64,000 bases of DNA from the human T2T-CHM13v2.0 reference genome, Homo sapiens, in NCBI RefSeq assembly GCF_009914755.1, contig NC_060937.1; one strand, written 5' to 3'. The position numbers and the translations under genes are program-made. This document shows positions 1 through 14,874 of the stretch, in pieces; position 1 is the first letter of the stretch; each line of letters starts with the position of its first letter. The notes under the pieces were generated by a model, which did no database searches, had not been told where the DNA came from, and worked only from the letters and a program-made list of their open reading frames with translations.

Positions 1-408
1 TTATTCCAACTATATGACATTCTGGAAAAGGAAAATGATAGAGATGGTATAGATAAAGATCTTTGGTTGTCCAGATTTTGAAGAAAGTGAGGAATGAATA
101 GGCAGAGCACAGGGATTTTGTGGGTAGTAAACCATTCTACTTTACATTCTAATGGTGCATTAATGACATTCTGCATTTTCCAAAACCAGTAGAACTTACA
201 TAGCAAAAATAATGAACCTTATTGTAAACTATAGACTTTAGTTAATATATTAATACAGGTTCACAAACTAACAAATTTGCCACACAAACGCAGAATGTTA
301 AAAATAGAGGAAATGGGGTTGAGGGTTACATGGGAGCTCTCTGCACTAAATGCTCAATTTTTCTGCAAACTAAGCTATTCTAAGAATAAAGTATTAATTA
401 AATAAAAG
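1..408 (+). mobile_element. Old L1 3' UTR fragment (L1MC-like), cut by the window start
   Basis: TATATGACATTCTGGAAAAGG... resembles L1MC 3' ends; terminates in AATAAA and an A-rich tail. Confidence 0.7.
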
Positions 409-444
409 TTAACAGACCTATTCAAATGAAGAAGAGAAAACAAC

Positions 445-686
445 AGATTCAGGAGAAGCTGAGGAGAAAAGTGAATGCTTATACACTGTTGATGAGAATT
501 TAAATTAGTTCAGCCACTATGAAAAGTATTTGGGAGATTTCTCCAAGAATTTGAAACAGAACTACAATTTGACCCAGCAATCCCATTACAGAGTATGTAT
601 CCAAAAGAAAAGAAAATAAAAAGAAACATGCCCTCAGATGTTTATGGCAGCACTATTCACAATAGCAAAGACACGGAATCAACTTA
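445..686 (+). mobile_element. L1 ORF2 3' fragment (L1PB/L1MA-like)
   Basis: TTTGACCCAGCAATCCCATTAC and ATGTTTATGGCAGCACTATTCACAATAGCAAAGAC; ORF 638 begins MFMAALFTIAK, which is ORF2p C-terminal sequence. Confidence 0.85.
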
Positions 687-770
687 GTCTTGAACTCCTG
701 AACTCAGGTGGTCCGCTCACCTCAGCCTCCCAAAGTGCTGGGATTACAGGCATGAGCCACCACTCCCAGC
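687..770 (-). mobile_element. Alu fragment (5' ~85 bp of the left arm)
   Basis: TCTTGAACTCCTG...CCTCCCAAAGTGCTGGGATTACAGGCATGAGCCACCACTCCCAGC. Confidence 0.9.
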
Positions 771-874
771 TGACTCAATATTCTTATAGAGAAAACAATA
801 GCACTGTAAAAAGCACATTTAGAGGGAAAGGTGAAGATACAACTTAAACAATGATATCAATCATCAAAATCAGA

Positions 875-1210
875 CGAGGTTCAGAAAATACCACCCAGAA
901 ATATGGGCAGGCAGTATTTATAGACAGAAAAAGGAAGTGATATACAGAAAGCGCTTGACTGGTGGCTGGTCATTTGCCCTATTTGGAAGTGGTGTGATAA
1001 GGCATGTGCCTTATATGGACATGATTTTCTTACTTGGCAATCTGTGATTGGCTAAACTCAGTGTCATGATTTGACAAAACTCACCTATTTGCTATAAGAA
1101 TATTCAAAGTTATGTTTCTGGTGACTTACCTACTAAGTTAGGTTGCAGTTCTCTACATAAAAACTTAAAGTATTGAGGCAGCCTTAAGCCAAATTTAGTT
1201 TAATTTAATA
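875..1210 (-). mobile_element. 3' LTR (partial) of a MER4-group class I ERV (MER67-like)
   Basis: Similar to 5287-5648 (CTGTGATTGGCTAAA, TTAGGTTGCAGTTCT, GAGGCAGCCTTA). A purine run (AAGGGAGA on the minus strand, ~1212-1219) sits at the polypurine tract position. Confidence 0.75.
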
Positions 1211-3249
1211 ATCTCCCTTAATTTCAGCCTCTCAATTTTGAGAAATTGACAAAAATTTGGACATTGACCCTATCCTTTGACACCATCACAATGAACTGGC
1301 TTGGTTTCAGTATGGAATTTAAATTAATTACATCAACTGAATGATTATATTCTCTTTATGTTTTCACTATTCAAATGTAGTGAGACCATTTGATGTACAA
1401 TGGATGGCTACATCAGCGAATTAGGACTATTTAGAGAATACAGCACACCAGGAAGAAAAATATGATGTCTGTCAGAAGTATAATATGAAAAGACTAAAGT
1501 ATACTCTTTTACTCGAGCCACCACAAATCGGGACAATTAAAATAAAATATATTGAAAATGAGCCAGAAGAATTGTATATTTGTTTTTATCAATTAGCTTC
1601 TTTGTTGATTTCTTGTAACTGAGTTTTTATCACAGTAGATACATGGCCTTATCCACGTGCAGCAGAAACTGTTAGTTATTGTATACACACTCCCCTGTTT
1701 ACCAATAAAATGTCCAAGGCAAATCATGCTAACTAAAGCAATTTAAGCAAGACAATGTAAGGTTTTCTGAAAAATCATAGTCTTTGCAGTAGTAAGTTAA
1801 AGTAGACAATGTTTGAAGCAAAAGTCTAATAATCTATTTTACATTTATGTCAAACCAGAAAAGGCTACTAGAAGATGACCACTTAGATTCTACCAAAAAA
1901 TGTCCATTCAGAGAGATGTATGCCTGCTGACAAATTAAATTCTTCTTTATTCCATTGTTCAGATAAAGAAGTATTCAATTTTCAATTTGTCTTGGAGTGA
2001 GACTGGTACATTTAAGATAAAAATCCCTCAAGGCATTTTCTTGGTATTCAGTTAATTCTGGTTCTATTGGGTTAGCAGTTTTATGCAACCAATCAGTTTT
2101 ATTAGAGTTCTGGGTATTCTTACTCAGTCCAGTAGCATAATCTTAAATTTAACAAAAACTTTTAAGAGTTATTTTCATGAATGTCCTTGAATACAAAACA
2201 CTTTAGGCTTAAATTGACTTAAGGTTGTCCTGGTTAAAGGTTTCATGAGAATTCATTATAATAATAATGTAATTGACAAGAAAATTTGGTTATTTCTCTG
2301 GAACACATTTTATGATAATAACTAGAATTCTGGTCAATAATATTATGGCGAACTATCACTTTACTGGGAATTTCACAAAATTGCTAGAAAACATTGTAAT
2401 AACACAGTCATACAAAAATGACTGAAAGAAGGTTTAGTATCACTTATTATTTCACAGTGTTCTCATCTAATTTATTATATTAAATTAGCCCAAATAGTTT
2501 AATATCTCTTTTTTTATAAGGTGATATTTCTTTTTGAAATGTTCCAAGGGCCCATCTAGAAAACCCCAAAGTTAATTTTATGCATAAAAAATTATGGTTT
2601 AGAATTTCATTTTTGGAAGATTTTCAAAATTATCAATGGTTCATAAACATTGGATCAAAATAAGATAACAGGTCACTGTGAAAATAATAGTCATTTAATT
2701 AACCAATGGGATAAATTTAAAAATTCAAAGGCAAATACAGTAAGTTACATAATACAAAAATAGTTTTTTAATATAGAGAACTCCATTTTCTTAGGTAATC
2801 AAAATTTAATAAAGACAACATACAACAACAAAAAATTATTTTGACAAAACAAGATCATTTTTTCCTAGGCTAATTATTTAAAAAGATAAGAAAAAGTTTT
2901 TACAACCTTTTATTAACACCAAAACAATACTCCAAGAAAACCTTGCTGTTTTAACAGAAAGGACCAGTTTTACTTTTGCAATGGTGTACTTTTGATATTA
3001 ATGCTTAATTGTTAGAAAAAGTTATAAATAATTCCTCTTTAATTTCAGTCATCTTCGTCACATATAAAATTCCTCTCACAGGATTCATCTTCTACAAAAC
3101 TTCTACAACTTTCTTATATCCTTCTAGTTATTTGTCCTATGCTTTTCCCATTCTCATTTGAAACAGCCAGTCACTTTACGTTAGGACAAAGTAAGAGTCT
3201 TTTCCTCATTATTTTTAGTTTTATATGCCATATATTAATTATAATTTTA

Positions 3250-3570
<321 letters not shown>

Positions 3571-5172
3571 TAGCAACTGATTATTAATTAGCATTCTGTA
3601 GATTAACACTATTTCATAATTTATAGAAATAGATGCTTTCTGAAGGTATTTTTAAAATTTATTAACAGACTCAAACATATTTAGATTTCCTATATCATAT
3701 TAAAATCTAGATGTCAAAGCCATATAAACATAAACTTATGTTCAACAATTAATGTTTTAACATTTTATCTTATTTGAAATAATATAAATATATTTATAAA
3801 TAATATTATTTATAATATCGAATAATAAATAATGAATATTCATCATTTAACTTAGCAAAACTCCAAATGTGTAAGTTACCAGTGAGATTGGAAAGCTATT
3901 TTTAAGTAGTTACATTGTAACACAAAACAAGCTAGCTGCCATCAAGTTATTTTCCTGGTTACTACTTGTAACTATGCACATGTTAGATGTCATCACAGAA
4001 GCAAGAATCTAAGGAGTTAAATACATGACTTGTTTTTTCTTGTTTGAAAACTGTACTTGATATGCATGATATAATGAACACTGCATTTTCACTTACATCT
4101 TTATTCTTAGGTTAAGTTTATAGTTTGATGAGCCTTAAAAATATTTAATAGAAATAAAAGTTGTGGGTCTGTACTACATTTAATATTGAGAACTCTAAAT
4201 ACATGCCTGTTTTTATTATACCAATAATATTCTTATTAAGAATTGTTTATTCTATAAAGATTACCTGTCATAAACATTGAGAAAATAATTAATCTATACA
4301 AGCACTTATTTTAAAAAAAAATCAAAAACAGTGTTTTTTTAAATTTAGCAATATCAAAAGAAGAAAAAAATTATTATGCATATAAACATGTGTAAATATA
4401 TAAACAAAAAGTAATCTTATAGCTTTTATTTTAAAAATTTAACCTGTTCCAGGTATAAAAATAAAAAACTCACTAATGTATTAAACAATAACTGGATCTC
4501 AATTGTTTTTGTGCCCAAGTCAACAAGATGTCCTGTCAATATGGTTAAAGCTTTTGACTAGTATTTCTGAAAAAGACTTCTAGGATTTTTTAATTTGCCT
4601 TCTGTAGAATATCTTTTGATTCACGTTATCTTTTAAATGACTCTGCATAGCAACTAAAGTATGCATTCCATTGCTTTTCTTCCATTTTGGATCCTTTCTT
4701 TTCTAATGCACTTCACCAGTAAGAAGTTTATCTCGGTTAAAACTTCACCACTGTGGCCACTGTAGTTCCAAGTTGTTCTTGGTAAGGTTAACCTATTTTT
4801 TAAAAGATGAATAGGATCTGGGCCCACATATTTGCACACAATTTTAGCAGGTATCCCAGGGGTTGTAGTCCTGAAGTCCTGGTGTCCCTGACTGCTGATA
4901 GTTGCAGGAAATCACTTGTATAAGGTATCTTTCTGAGGCTTCTAACTGATCCAATCCAGTAAGTTATCAGATACAATCTGATCCTGCATCTGGTCCAGTA
5001 ATAATTGTTCAACTAAAGTCAGAGAGCTCAAAACACAAATTCATGGAGTTCTAATCTGAGAGAGAATTCAGCCAAGAACCCAGTTGCTATAAGAGGTCAG
5101 TGAACACAATGGGCCTGGCTAGGTACCTTTGCTTTTCCACTCAGTGCTCCTGAGTATCAGTGAAGGTCTACT

Positions 5173-5190
5173 TCATTCAACTTCTGATGC
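5173..5190 (-). promoter_or_regulatory. Retroviral primer binding site, tRNA-Leu(CAA)-like
   Basis: The minus strand reads TGGCATCAGAAGTTGAAT directly after the 5' LTR; the tRNA-Leu(CAA) 3'-end complement is TGGTGTCAGAAGTGGGAT (14/18). Confidence 0.65.
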
Positions 5191-5193
5191 CAA

Positions 5194-5648
5194 ATTATTA
5201 AATAAAAAACTTTAGACAAATTAAATTTAGTAGAGTTTATTTGAGAAAAGAACAATTTATGAATTGGGCAGCACTTAAAAACCAAGAGAGGTTCAAGGAG
5301 CTCCAAGTAGCAACAAAGGAAGACCATATGTATAGATAGAAAAAGACAGAAAAAGGGTGTCTGTATTTATAGATGTAGGGGAACAGCTTGATTGGTAATA
5401 GCTTGGCATTTTCCTTGTTTAGATATGGTGAGATGAGTCATTCACTTTAGATGGACATGATCTTCTTGGTTGGCATTCTGTGATTGGCTAAAGCTTGGCT
5501 GCTAAGATTACTTGAGAGTTGGCTACTTATTTTAGAATATAGTCTTAATTTGTGTTGCAGTTTGCCTACCTACTACGTTAGGTTGCAGTTCTGCACATAG
5601 AAACTCAAAGTAAAGAGGCAGCCTTATGACAAATTAATTCAATTTAAT
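5194..5648 (-). mobile_element. 5' LTR of the MER4-group provirus (MER67-like)
   Basis: Homologous to 875-1210; minus-strand AATAAA (TTTATT ~5236); adjacent PBS. Confidence 0.8.
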
Positions 5649-6027
5649 GGTATAAGAAATCCCTGAATTAATGTTAAAATTGAATTAATAATAATAAGAA
5701 AGAAATAACTCCCAAAGAGATCAAGCAGAAATATAACTTTTAGATATGAATATATAATAATTGAAACTTGAATCTTATTGGACATTTAACAGAATATGTT
5801 AGATATAATTGCAGATACTTAGTAAACTAAAGTTCTCAAAAATTATAAAAGCTACAGCAAACACTGCTATTTAAAGTTTCGAAATATAAAGAATACATTT
5901 TTACAACACAACATTTATCTTAAAATTATTGCAAATGGAGAGACTAGACAGAATGAGGAAAATAAGTATATTATGCAGAATTTATGCATATAACTCTCAA
6001 TATCAAGTTCCAGAAATGATTATACGT

Positions 6028-6028
<1 letters not shown>

Positions 6029-6061
<33 letters not shown>
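6029..6061. repeat. (CA)n microsatellite
   Basis: About 16 perfect CA units. Confidence 0.98.
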
Positions 6062-6063
<2 letters not shown>

Positions 6064-6952
6064 CTAGGCATATCTTAAAGGGATTTCAAATATAAAAGAC
6101 AACAACAACAAAACAAAAGCAAAGCAAAGCAAAAATTACAAAAGTTAGATTGTTAGCTGATATCTTAATAGCAAGACTAAAATCAAATACAATATAACTG
6201 TTTATTTGAAGTGCTGGGAAAAATAAAGCATGCTATTTACTTGTGGTTTTATACGAAGGTAAATAGAGTTCAAAAATGAGGGCTATTCTTTGTTGGATGA
6301 ATGACATTCTACTTCCAGTATGTTTTTAAGCATATTATACTCATCCTGTGCAACAATGAAGAATTATAAAGTCTTTTTCAAATGAATGAGGCTTTGTTCA
6401 TGTTCAAAAACATATGAAGAAAATATTTAAGAGTCTTATTCGGAACGGGAAGTATCAAATATAAGGCATTTCCTGCCAGGCTAAGGTGTTACTTTGAGAA
6501 AAATTATGTTACTTCTAATTTTATTTGAACATAGCTTTTCTATGTTTATGTGAATAAACATTGGTTTTCCCTGCGATTACAGAGTGTGGAATAACTATGC
6601 ATATCTATAGATATATGTTTCATGTGCAAGATGATAATGTGTGTGTATATATATGCTTTGTAATGTGTATATATATATACACTATAATATATACATACTG
6701 TTATATATATATAAAACACACATATTTATATAAATATATGTATTTATTTAAATTAAGGTAGTAAGACTCCATATTAAGACATGGGTCATTGTTGTTTCTA
6801 AAATTACTGCCTTCTAAAGCCTTTCTATATTCATACGTATTGTCTATTGATACATGTGTCATCCTGTTAGGAGTGCTTACTTGAAGCCTAGCCAATGTTT
6901 AAATAATTTATAAGTGTTATTGTTAACGGTTATTTTTCCATTCTTGTACATC

Positions 6953-7182
6953 TTGCTATAAGAGGTCAGTGAATGCAGTGGGCCTGGCTAGGTACCTTTG
7001 CTTTTTCACTCAGTGCTCCTGAGTATCAGTGAAGGTCTACTTCATTCAACTTCTGATGCCAAATTGTTAAATAAAAAACTTTAGACAAATTAAATTTAGT
7101 AGAGTTTATCTGAGAAAAGAACAATTTATGAATTGGGCAGCACTTAAAATGAAGAGAGGTTCAAGGAGCTTCAACTAGCAAC
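6953..7182 (+). repeat. Dispersed ~230 bp direct duplicate of 5084-5314
   Basis: Manual alignment gives about 11 differences in ~230 bp. Confidence 0.95.
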
Positions 7183-7869
7183 TAGCTTATGCAGTTGCAA
7201 TTTGGTAATGTTTCAAAAGGAAGACAGAAAGAAAGAAGAAAGGAAGGAAAGTACAAAAGACATAGAGATGAAAATAAAGGTAGGAACGTAAGAAACAAAT
7301 CATGTTTCTGTGTTTGAAGTGGTGAGATATTATAAATTATTTGATAATTTGACATATAAAGAAGAATTTGTTGATAGGCTATTTTGAAATACTGAATATT
7401 TATGTTACATTGAAAACAATATTTTTAAGGCTACAATTTATATATATATAAAGGTATTTCAAATAAAAAATAATAAATACATAACAAAGAAAGGAAGGAA
7501 GATAGGAAATAAAAGAAAGTATAGAAGAAAAAAATGGAAGAATAAATTGATATATGTGACATGAATTATATATTACAATTTCATTTTAATATAGCTCTGT
7601 ATAAAAAACATATGTAGTGTTTAAAAGGCATATGTTTAGAGTAGATGATGTCTTCCATGATGTCTACCAATCATAAGCCAGATGACAGTCAAGAATAGCT
7701 GTTAGTACTTGTTTATTTATCAACATCAAAAAATGCCAGCAAAACAAAAAACATTCAGAATGGATACGAGCAGCTGTGGATGCTGTGTGGAGTTGGTGGG
7801 AGTGGGGTGAAGAGGAGAAAAAGAGAGAGAAAGAAATTAGTTTCTAGTTGGCTGCATCTGTTACAACCT

Positions 7870-8090
7870 TTCCAGCCCATGCAGCAGACATGTGAATGAG
7901 CAAGACATCTTGCACATCAGGCTCAATTCTGACTCCAGGGGACTTGAGCTCCAGATGCCTTTAGCCTGCGAGCCTTTGAGAAACCCCAGGAGAGAACTGT
8001 CCAGCTGTGAATAGTCAATTATTAAAGATACTATGTTCTGTGACAATTTGTTACATGGCATTAGACATTGAGAACAATCTGAAGGCATGC
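7870..8090 (+). mobile_element. Old MaLR LTR fragment (MLT1H/J-like)
   Basis: CAGACATGTGAATGAG...GAGAAACCCCAGGAGAGAACTGTCCAGCTG...AATTTGTTACATGGCATTAGA. Confidence 0.55.
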
Positions 8091-8449
8091 CTGAGGTTAG
8101 AAAACTGTAATTAATAGTGGAATCAGTCAGAATAATTTTATGCTTTTCTTGGTAGTGATGATCAACATGGGACAAAGAAAACAGAAAGTAAGATATACCC
8201 TACATGTACAAATTTGCAAAAAGAAAAAAACCAAAACAAAACAAAATAACAGTACTAAGGAAAAATGGCTCCGAAAGAAATTTTAAAGGAGGCTAATGTA
8301 CTTAGGTTTTTTCAATGAAACTCATTCATTTTATTATTCAAGGTAACAGGCAATTAAAAAGTACGTAGATTATCTAAAGTATTTGAAATATATAATAATT
8401 ATGAATTGAAAATAAAGCTAGAAAATTTTAAAATAACTGTTCTCTACAT

Positions 8450-8512
8450 ATGTGTGTGTGTGTGTGTGCGCACGTGTGTGCATATATTGTGTGTGTGTGT
8501 ATATATATATAT
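8450..8512. repeat. Compound (TG)n/(TA)n microsatellite
   Basis: Seen directly. Confidence 0.95.
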
Positions 8513-8920
8513 GTAACCCTGAAGATATTTATTGAACTCTTACCCTGGAGCAGCCATAAGTTGTTCCCTAGGCCAGCAAAACTTGAAATTTTGAAACCTA
8601 GTCCACAAATATCTATCTATTTAAATAGTAAGTTAAAATGAAATTTTTCTAAGTGCATCCTTAGACGCTTCTTTCTTTCATATTGTGGGTCAAAACAAAG
8701 TTGTCACAACTGAGGATGTACGTTATTTCCTTTATCCATGTCCTTCTAATGTACATAGATATAAACACACACACGCACACATTTTTAAGGGCAGTGTCTT
8801 TATAATTCCCTGTGTATTTTATTAATCACAGTAAAATTATTTACTTTTTAACAAAACATGATTTTTTTCCAAAAATTATTTTTCTATGTTTATTTTCCTG
8901 CTTCACAATGATAGTTGCCA

Positions 8921-9368
8921 TTATTAGTTTCCTAGTCTTGCCAAAACAAATAACAAACGTGGTGGCTTGACACACAAAAACACTTGCTTTTTCACAGTTC
9001 TGGAGCCTCGAAGCCCCAAATCAGTCAACAGAGTCATGTTCCTTCTGAAGGCTCTAGAGGATACTCTATCTTTGCCTGTTGCTAGCTTCTGATGGTTGCT
9101 AGCAATCCTTGTCATTGTTTGAGCTGTAGCTTTATCTCTTCAGTATCTGTTTGTGTCTTCAGATGAGCTTCTTTCCTGTGTTTCAATGAATCTCCACATT
9201 TCCTTCTCCTTTTATAATCACTAGTCATTGGATTTAGGACTTAACTCTATTATTCCCTCTTAATGTAAATACATCTGCAAAGACCATCTTTCCAAATAAG
9301 GTCATATTCACAGGAACCAGAGATTAAGACTTCAACATATACTGCTGGGGGATAGTTTTCAACACACT
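8921..9368 (-). mobile_element. MLT1C-like MaLR solo LTR
   Basis: TATTAGTTTCCTAG...CACAGTTCTGGAG...ACATCTGCAAAGACC...CCAAATAAGGTCATATTCACAGG. Confidence 0.85.
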
Positions 9369-11524
9369 GAAATTGATGACAGTGATATAAATACATGTAA
9401 AAAAAGAGTTGTCACAAATATTTTAAATCATGTAAAAAACCCCAAAATATCTAAAAATTTTAAATAGCATGGTAGTCTTATATATGATGGCATATAAATA
9501 ATGTTGAATAAACAAAAAATAACATTCAAACAGTTATTCCAGATATCTTTAAAAAACATCAAACAGAAGAAAGTACTTATATGGATTTATATGTAAAATA
9601 TAATCAGATATTTAAAAAATCTATTTGGTAATTGAATTGAATTCTATTCTGTATATGAGAGTAATACTCGACTTTCCAAAAGCCACCATGGAAATGCAGC
9701 AATTATTTAAAAAACATAATTTCCTGATTATAAAAAATAAAATAAATGGAGCAGCATCATGGCCCATTTTTGGTGTCACAGTTTATCCTACATGAAAGCT
9801 GTTACCAGAAACCTAGAGGGAAAGTTTAGAAACAGTGAGTGCATAAAATCACAGTTTTTACATACAGTGATTTTAAAGAAGAGATAGTTTTGTGTCTTGA
9901 CTGAGCATTTTGTTGTGCAAACTGAGCTGTTTACAAAAGGAAAGGAATCGAAACCATGATTCAACTGAGTCATCCAACCTTGCCCATTGTAGCATCATTA
10001 AGAAAAAAAGACATTCTTTTTTTTTTTTTCTGGAAGTTTAAACATTATTATAAAGTAAAATTATAGATAAGTAGGTGTAGTTTCATCATCAAGTCTCCAG
10101 TGTATGAAGAGGAAAGGCACAACCTCTTTGTGACATTAGCAGGATCCACAAATCTATCACAGGAAGGTTTTCAAAGAAATCATTTTCTTTCTAAATGTAT
10201 TAAAATACTGGTAAAGCAATGGGCAGGCTTGCTTCTGTAACATAAGGCATTTTATTTTTAACATATTTATTTTTCAATCTTTTTTTTTAATTCAGTGATA
10301 ACTTTTCCTGCCCCCACCCTCGTTGTTGCACCATCTTCACCCTTTATTACTCTCTCCACATAATACATGCAACCATTTATGCTGCCGAAGCACTTAGAGA
10401 TAATGTGGGATATTATATTGCATGTGAATAGCAATTCCCCTAGATTTAAAACATTTTATTTTGGAAAAAATACATGCTGGACACATTTCCCCACCTTTTA
10501 TCCTCTGTTGAGTGTCTGCTGTTGACTCTGCCCAGCAATTTTCTGTTACTCTGAAAGCAGAAGTATCTCTTTTAAGAACATCAACTTCCCTTTCCAACCC
10601 ACCTCCCTATTACACCTCTAATGTTCTGCCAGTGGCTTCACAATGTATGACTATGGATCTCTGTCTACAGTTGATTGTTCCAGGAGTAGATAATAAAGGC
10701 ATTGCTTTCTAACAACTACTCATGCCTGTGTTCAGAAATAGATGAAAAGAGCTTGTCTAAATTGAAAGCAAACAAACAAACAAGCCAAAAAAAAAAAAAC
10801 AAAAAACGCTCACATAGACAAGGATGCAGGATTGAAAAGGAGATGACTGGCAACATTGCTGGTCTCATTGGTTTCAGAAGTCTAAGCACACCTTCTTTAC
10901 TCATAATTAAATGAACCTTATTTTATTCTTTGCCTAAGGTCTTTCGTGATGATTTTCTGTCTGTGTGTCTTTCTGTCACTTTCTCATCTCTATTTTTCTT
11001 ACAAAAAAGACAGGAAAATTTATCTGGAAAATAATAAAAAAAAGGCAAACTAAATCATTATTAATATTTTTCCTTATTGGGGCAAGGGATTAAGGCATTT
11101 CTAAACTATTGTTAAACTTAATATGCATCAGGCACAAGAAATAATAAGAAGGATTTATGAGTAATTAATTTTATTAGAATTTGTTTCCTATTATCATCTG
11201 TTTCCAAAAGCAAGTCAATGATAAGTCATTACACCTTATTTCATAGTATACACATTATTTTGGTGGACTGATGATGGGTTTTAACATTATAAAACAGGAA
11301 AATAAATAATAAATCATAAATTGTTGATTATTTATTTGGTTTTTATAAGTATATATTCCGTATTTTCTAACCAAGAAACTTGTAGAAAATATCCCTAATT
11401 TTAGATAATTTTATAATTTGTTTATATTTTTATTTGCTTCATTCATTAGCACATAATTATTTAATGCTTATTTTAGAAGAAAGCCAGATAAATCAATACT
11501 TTGATTTTTCTCTCCTCCTCTTTT

Positions 11525-11769
11525 CTGATGTCCATCTGTGAGTATCAAATGGCTAATCCCAATTTGAAGTCAAAAGGCATGAGAACACATTGATACAGTT
11601 CATACTATCAGTCTTTCAGGGAAGAGAGCAGGATCAAGGAGAGTGCAGAGTGGACATGGTAAGTCAGATAGCACATGTATGCATGTGTAACAAACCTGTA
11701 CGTTGTGCACATGTACCCTAGAACTTAAAGTATAATTAAAAAAAAAAAAGAAAGAAAATACCTGACACA
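11525..11769 (-). mobile_element. LTR33-like (ERVL) LTR fragment, interrupted by an L1 tail
   Basis: GGCTAATCCCAATTTGAAGTCAAAAGGCA...CAGTTCATAC...AGAGCAGG...AGAGTGGA resembles LTR33. Confidence 0.5.
11669..11757 (+). mobile_element. Very short 5'-truncated L1PA 3' end with poly(A)
   Basis: GCACATGTATGCATGTGTAACAAACCTGTACGTTGTGCACATGTACCCTAGAACTTAAAGTATAAT followed by an A tail. Confidence 0.95.
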
Positions 11770-12427
11770 ATTCTTGTCTTGTCTCTTATCATCTACTCTA
11801 TCTTTATTTCAGATTAAATATAGTGTTTTCCTAATGAGAAGGATTCACAAAGATCCGTTATCATCCATTTTATTTTATCATTGATAGGTGGCTTACAATC
11901 AAGTCTTGCTCCAAACTAAAACCTAACATAGTAGTCATTACCAGTGTTCTTCAGATCACATTTCAGAAAGAGAGGTAGTGGTGGTGAGGATAATTAATTT
12001 ACGTAAATCATAGATGTTACAGCCCCCAGACTAAATCTTGTCACGACCTTACATTGGTAATCACAACATACTCCTTCTACCACCTTTTCACAGTCTCCTG
12101 CCCTCTGGTAGCACACTAGCTACAAGGGGTGAAACCCAGTCATTTATTGCTTCAGGGTAGGCAGACCTTTATTAAGTTATCCTATTTTTTATTGCTCTGT
12201 ATTATTGTAGAACTTAAGAGAAAGCCCAAAGAAAATTTTTGTTTCCAAATATATTCCTCCCTGTTCCAATTGTATTTAAGCATAACAACATGATTAAAGG
12301 GAATTAATCACTCCATATGCCTCCTTATCTGCTTGGTATCTCAACTTCATGAGAAACTCAAAATACTCATAGAGTAGTCTTGGCTTCTACATATAATGAC
12401 ATATAAATAATGGCATGTAAATATCCC

Positions 12428-12463
<36 letters not shown>

Positions 12464-12990
12464 TATATGTATACACATATATATATATTTAGTTCATCAG
12501 AATTATAATAACCTTTCTTGGTAGAAGCATTTGTCCTAAAATATCCAAATTCGTTGAACCAAAAATATTGAGTAAGGGGGGTGAAAAATAGCACATATGG
12601 GTATTACCACGGCAATTAATAAGGAGTTTTGTTAGCCAAGAAAGGGACATGCTGACAAGGACTGTGCTCAGAGAAGGCAAATCTGAGGGAATCAATCTGC
12701 CACTAGCAAGATAACTTATTACCCTGGAAGAATGGTGTCTTATCAAGAGCTCAAGTTTGTCTCTGTAGTTGATGGACTGGATATTAGCTGTGTTTAAAGT
12801 GTAATTGTATTTGTTTAGATAAAATATTTATGAACTCATTCCAGTCACTGTGGCCATTTTGTGCCTGGGCCCAATGACTAAGCGCTGGGTTGGTTAGGAA
12901 GTCTCAAATATATCCATAGGGGAGGTAATTTTTAGGGCCTATTCTGACATAGATAACACATTTTGCAAATGTGCTTTGGGTACTTTATGA
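11770..12990 (-). mobile_element. Possible highly decayed ERVL-class internal sequence
   Basis: Directly follows the LTR33-like end; composition resembles decayed ERVL pol; no clean motif read. Confidence 0.3.
12430..12488. repeat. (TA)n-rich microsatellite
   Basis: Seen directly. Confidence 0.95.
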
Positions 12991-13900
12991 ATATGTATAT
13001 TTTTACACTAACCTGCACAAATTACCCCATGTTGTTATTCAATATAATAATTTTGTTAAATAATTTTATAAAGTATTTAATATACATTTCCTTTTGATGT
13101 TGAACTTTGTATCTAGAAATTTATCCTTCTGCTATATAGAATTGCACCTTGTTAAAGCATTGTTAGATTTGTATTGTGTTCAGGCTAATATTAGTTTATA
13201 ACATTTTTGCTTTTTTCACCTATATTTTAATTTCAATATTAGATTATTCTTTTCTTAAAATATGTAGAGTGAGCTTTTTTGTCTCCTATTTTCTGAGGTT
13301 TTCAAATCACTGTACCATCCAATATTGACACCTTAATTTTTGTCAATTCTTATAATTTTGTCTTTTCTTTTTTTACATTTATTCTTTCATTCACTTGTGT
13401 ACATATCACTGGTAATTTTTCCCAGGAAAATATAATCTCCGTAATTTTACTCAATAATTTGGTATACAATTTTCTTCTACTTTATTCTTGTAATTGTTTG
13501 TCAATCTTTTCCTATTTATGCTTATAATATTCTTGTTAGTACAATTGAGATTGAATTGCATGCTCCTAAAAGTTTGAAGTTCAGTTCAGAAAATATATTT
13601 TAATAAGAATTTTCACACCATAAATTTATTAAAATATAGTTCAGAATATGTATATTTTCTATCTGAGGAAAAGAGAATGGATATGGTCATTGGAGAAATA
13701 TTAGAGCTAAGTAGGCAAGTGTCTGTGCTGTGCTGTGCTGCACTAAGCTGTCCATGTCCTTAAGATTTCGGATCAAAATCCATTTTGTAAATTGTTGCTT
13801 ATTTTATAGTAATAATACTAAACAGAAGAATAAAAAAGTATAACCTTTGTTCTTATCCAACAAATAAAATAACAACAACAAATATCTTTCCTCTGAGTAT

Positions 13901-14874
<974 letters not shown>

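Noticed and set aside
3780-3845. Short AT-only palindromes (e.g. TATAAATAATATTATTTATA)
   Set aside because: Expected in low-complexity AT-rich sequence.
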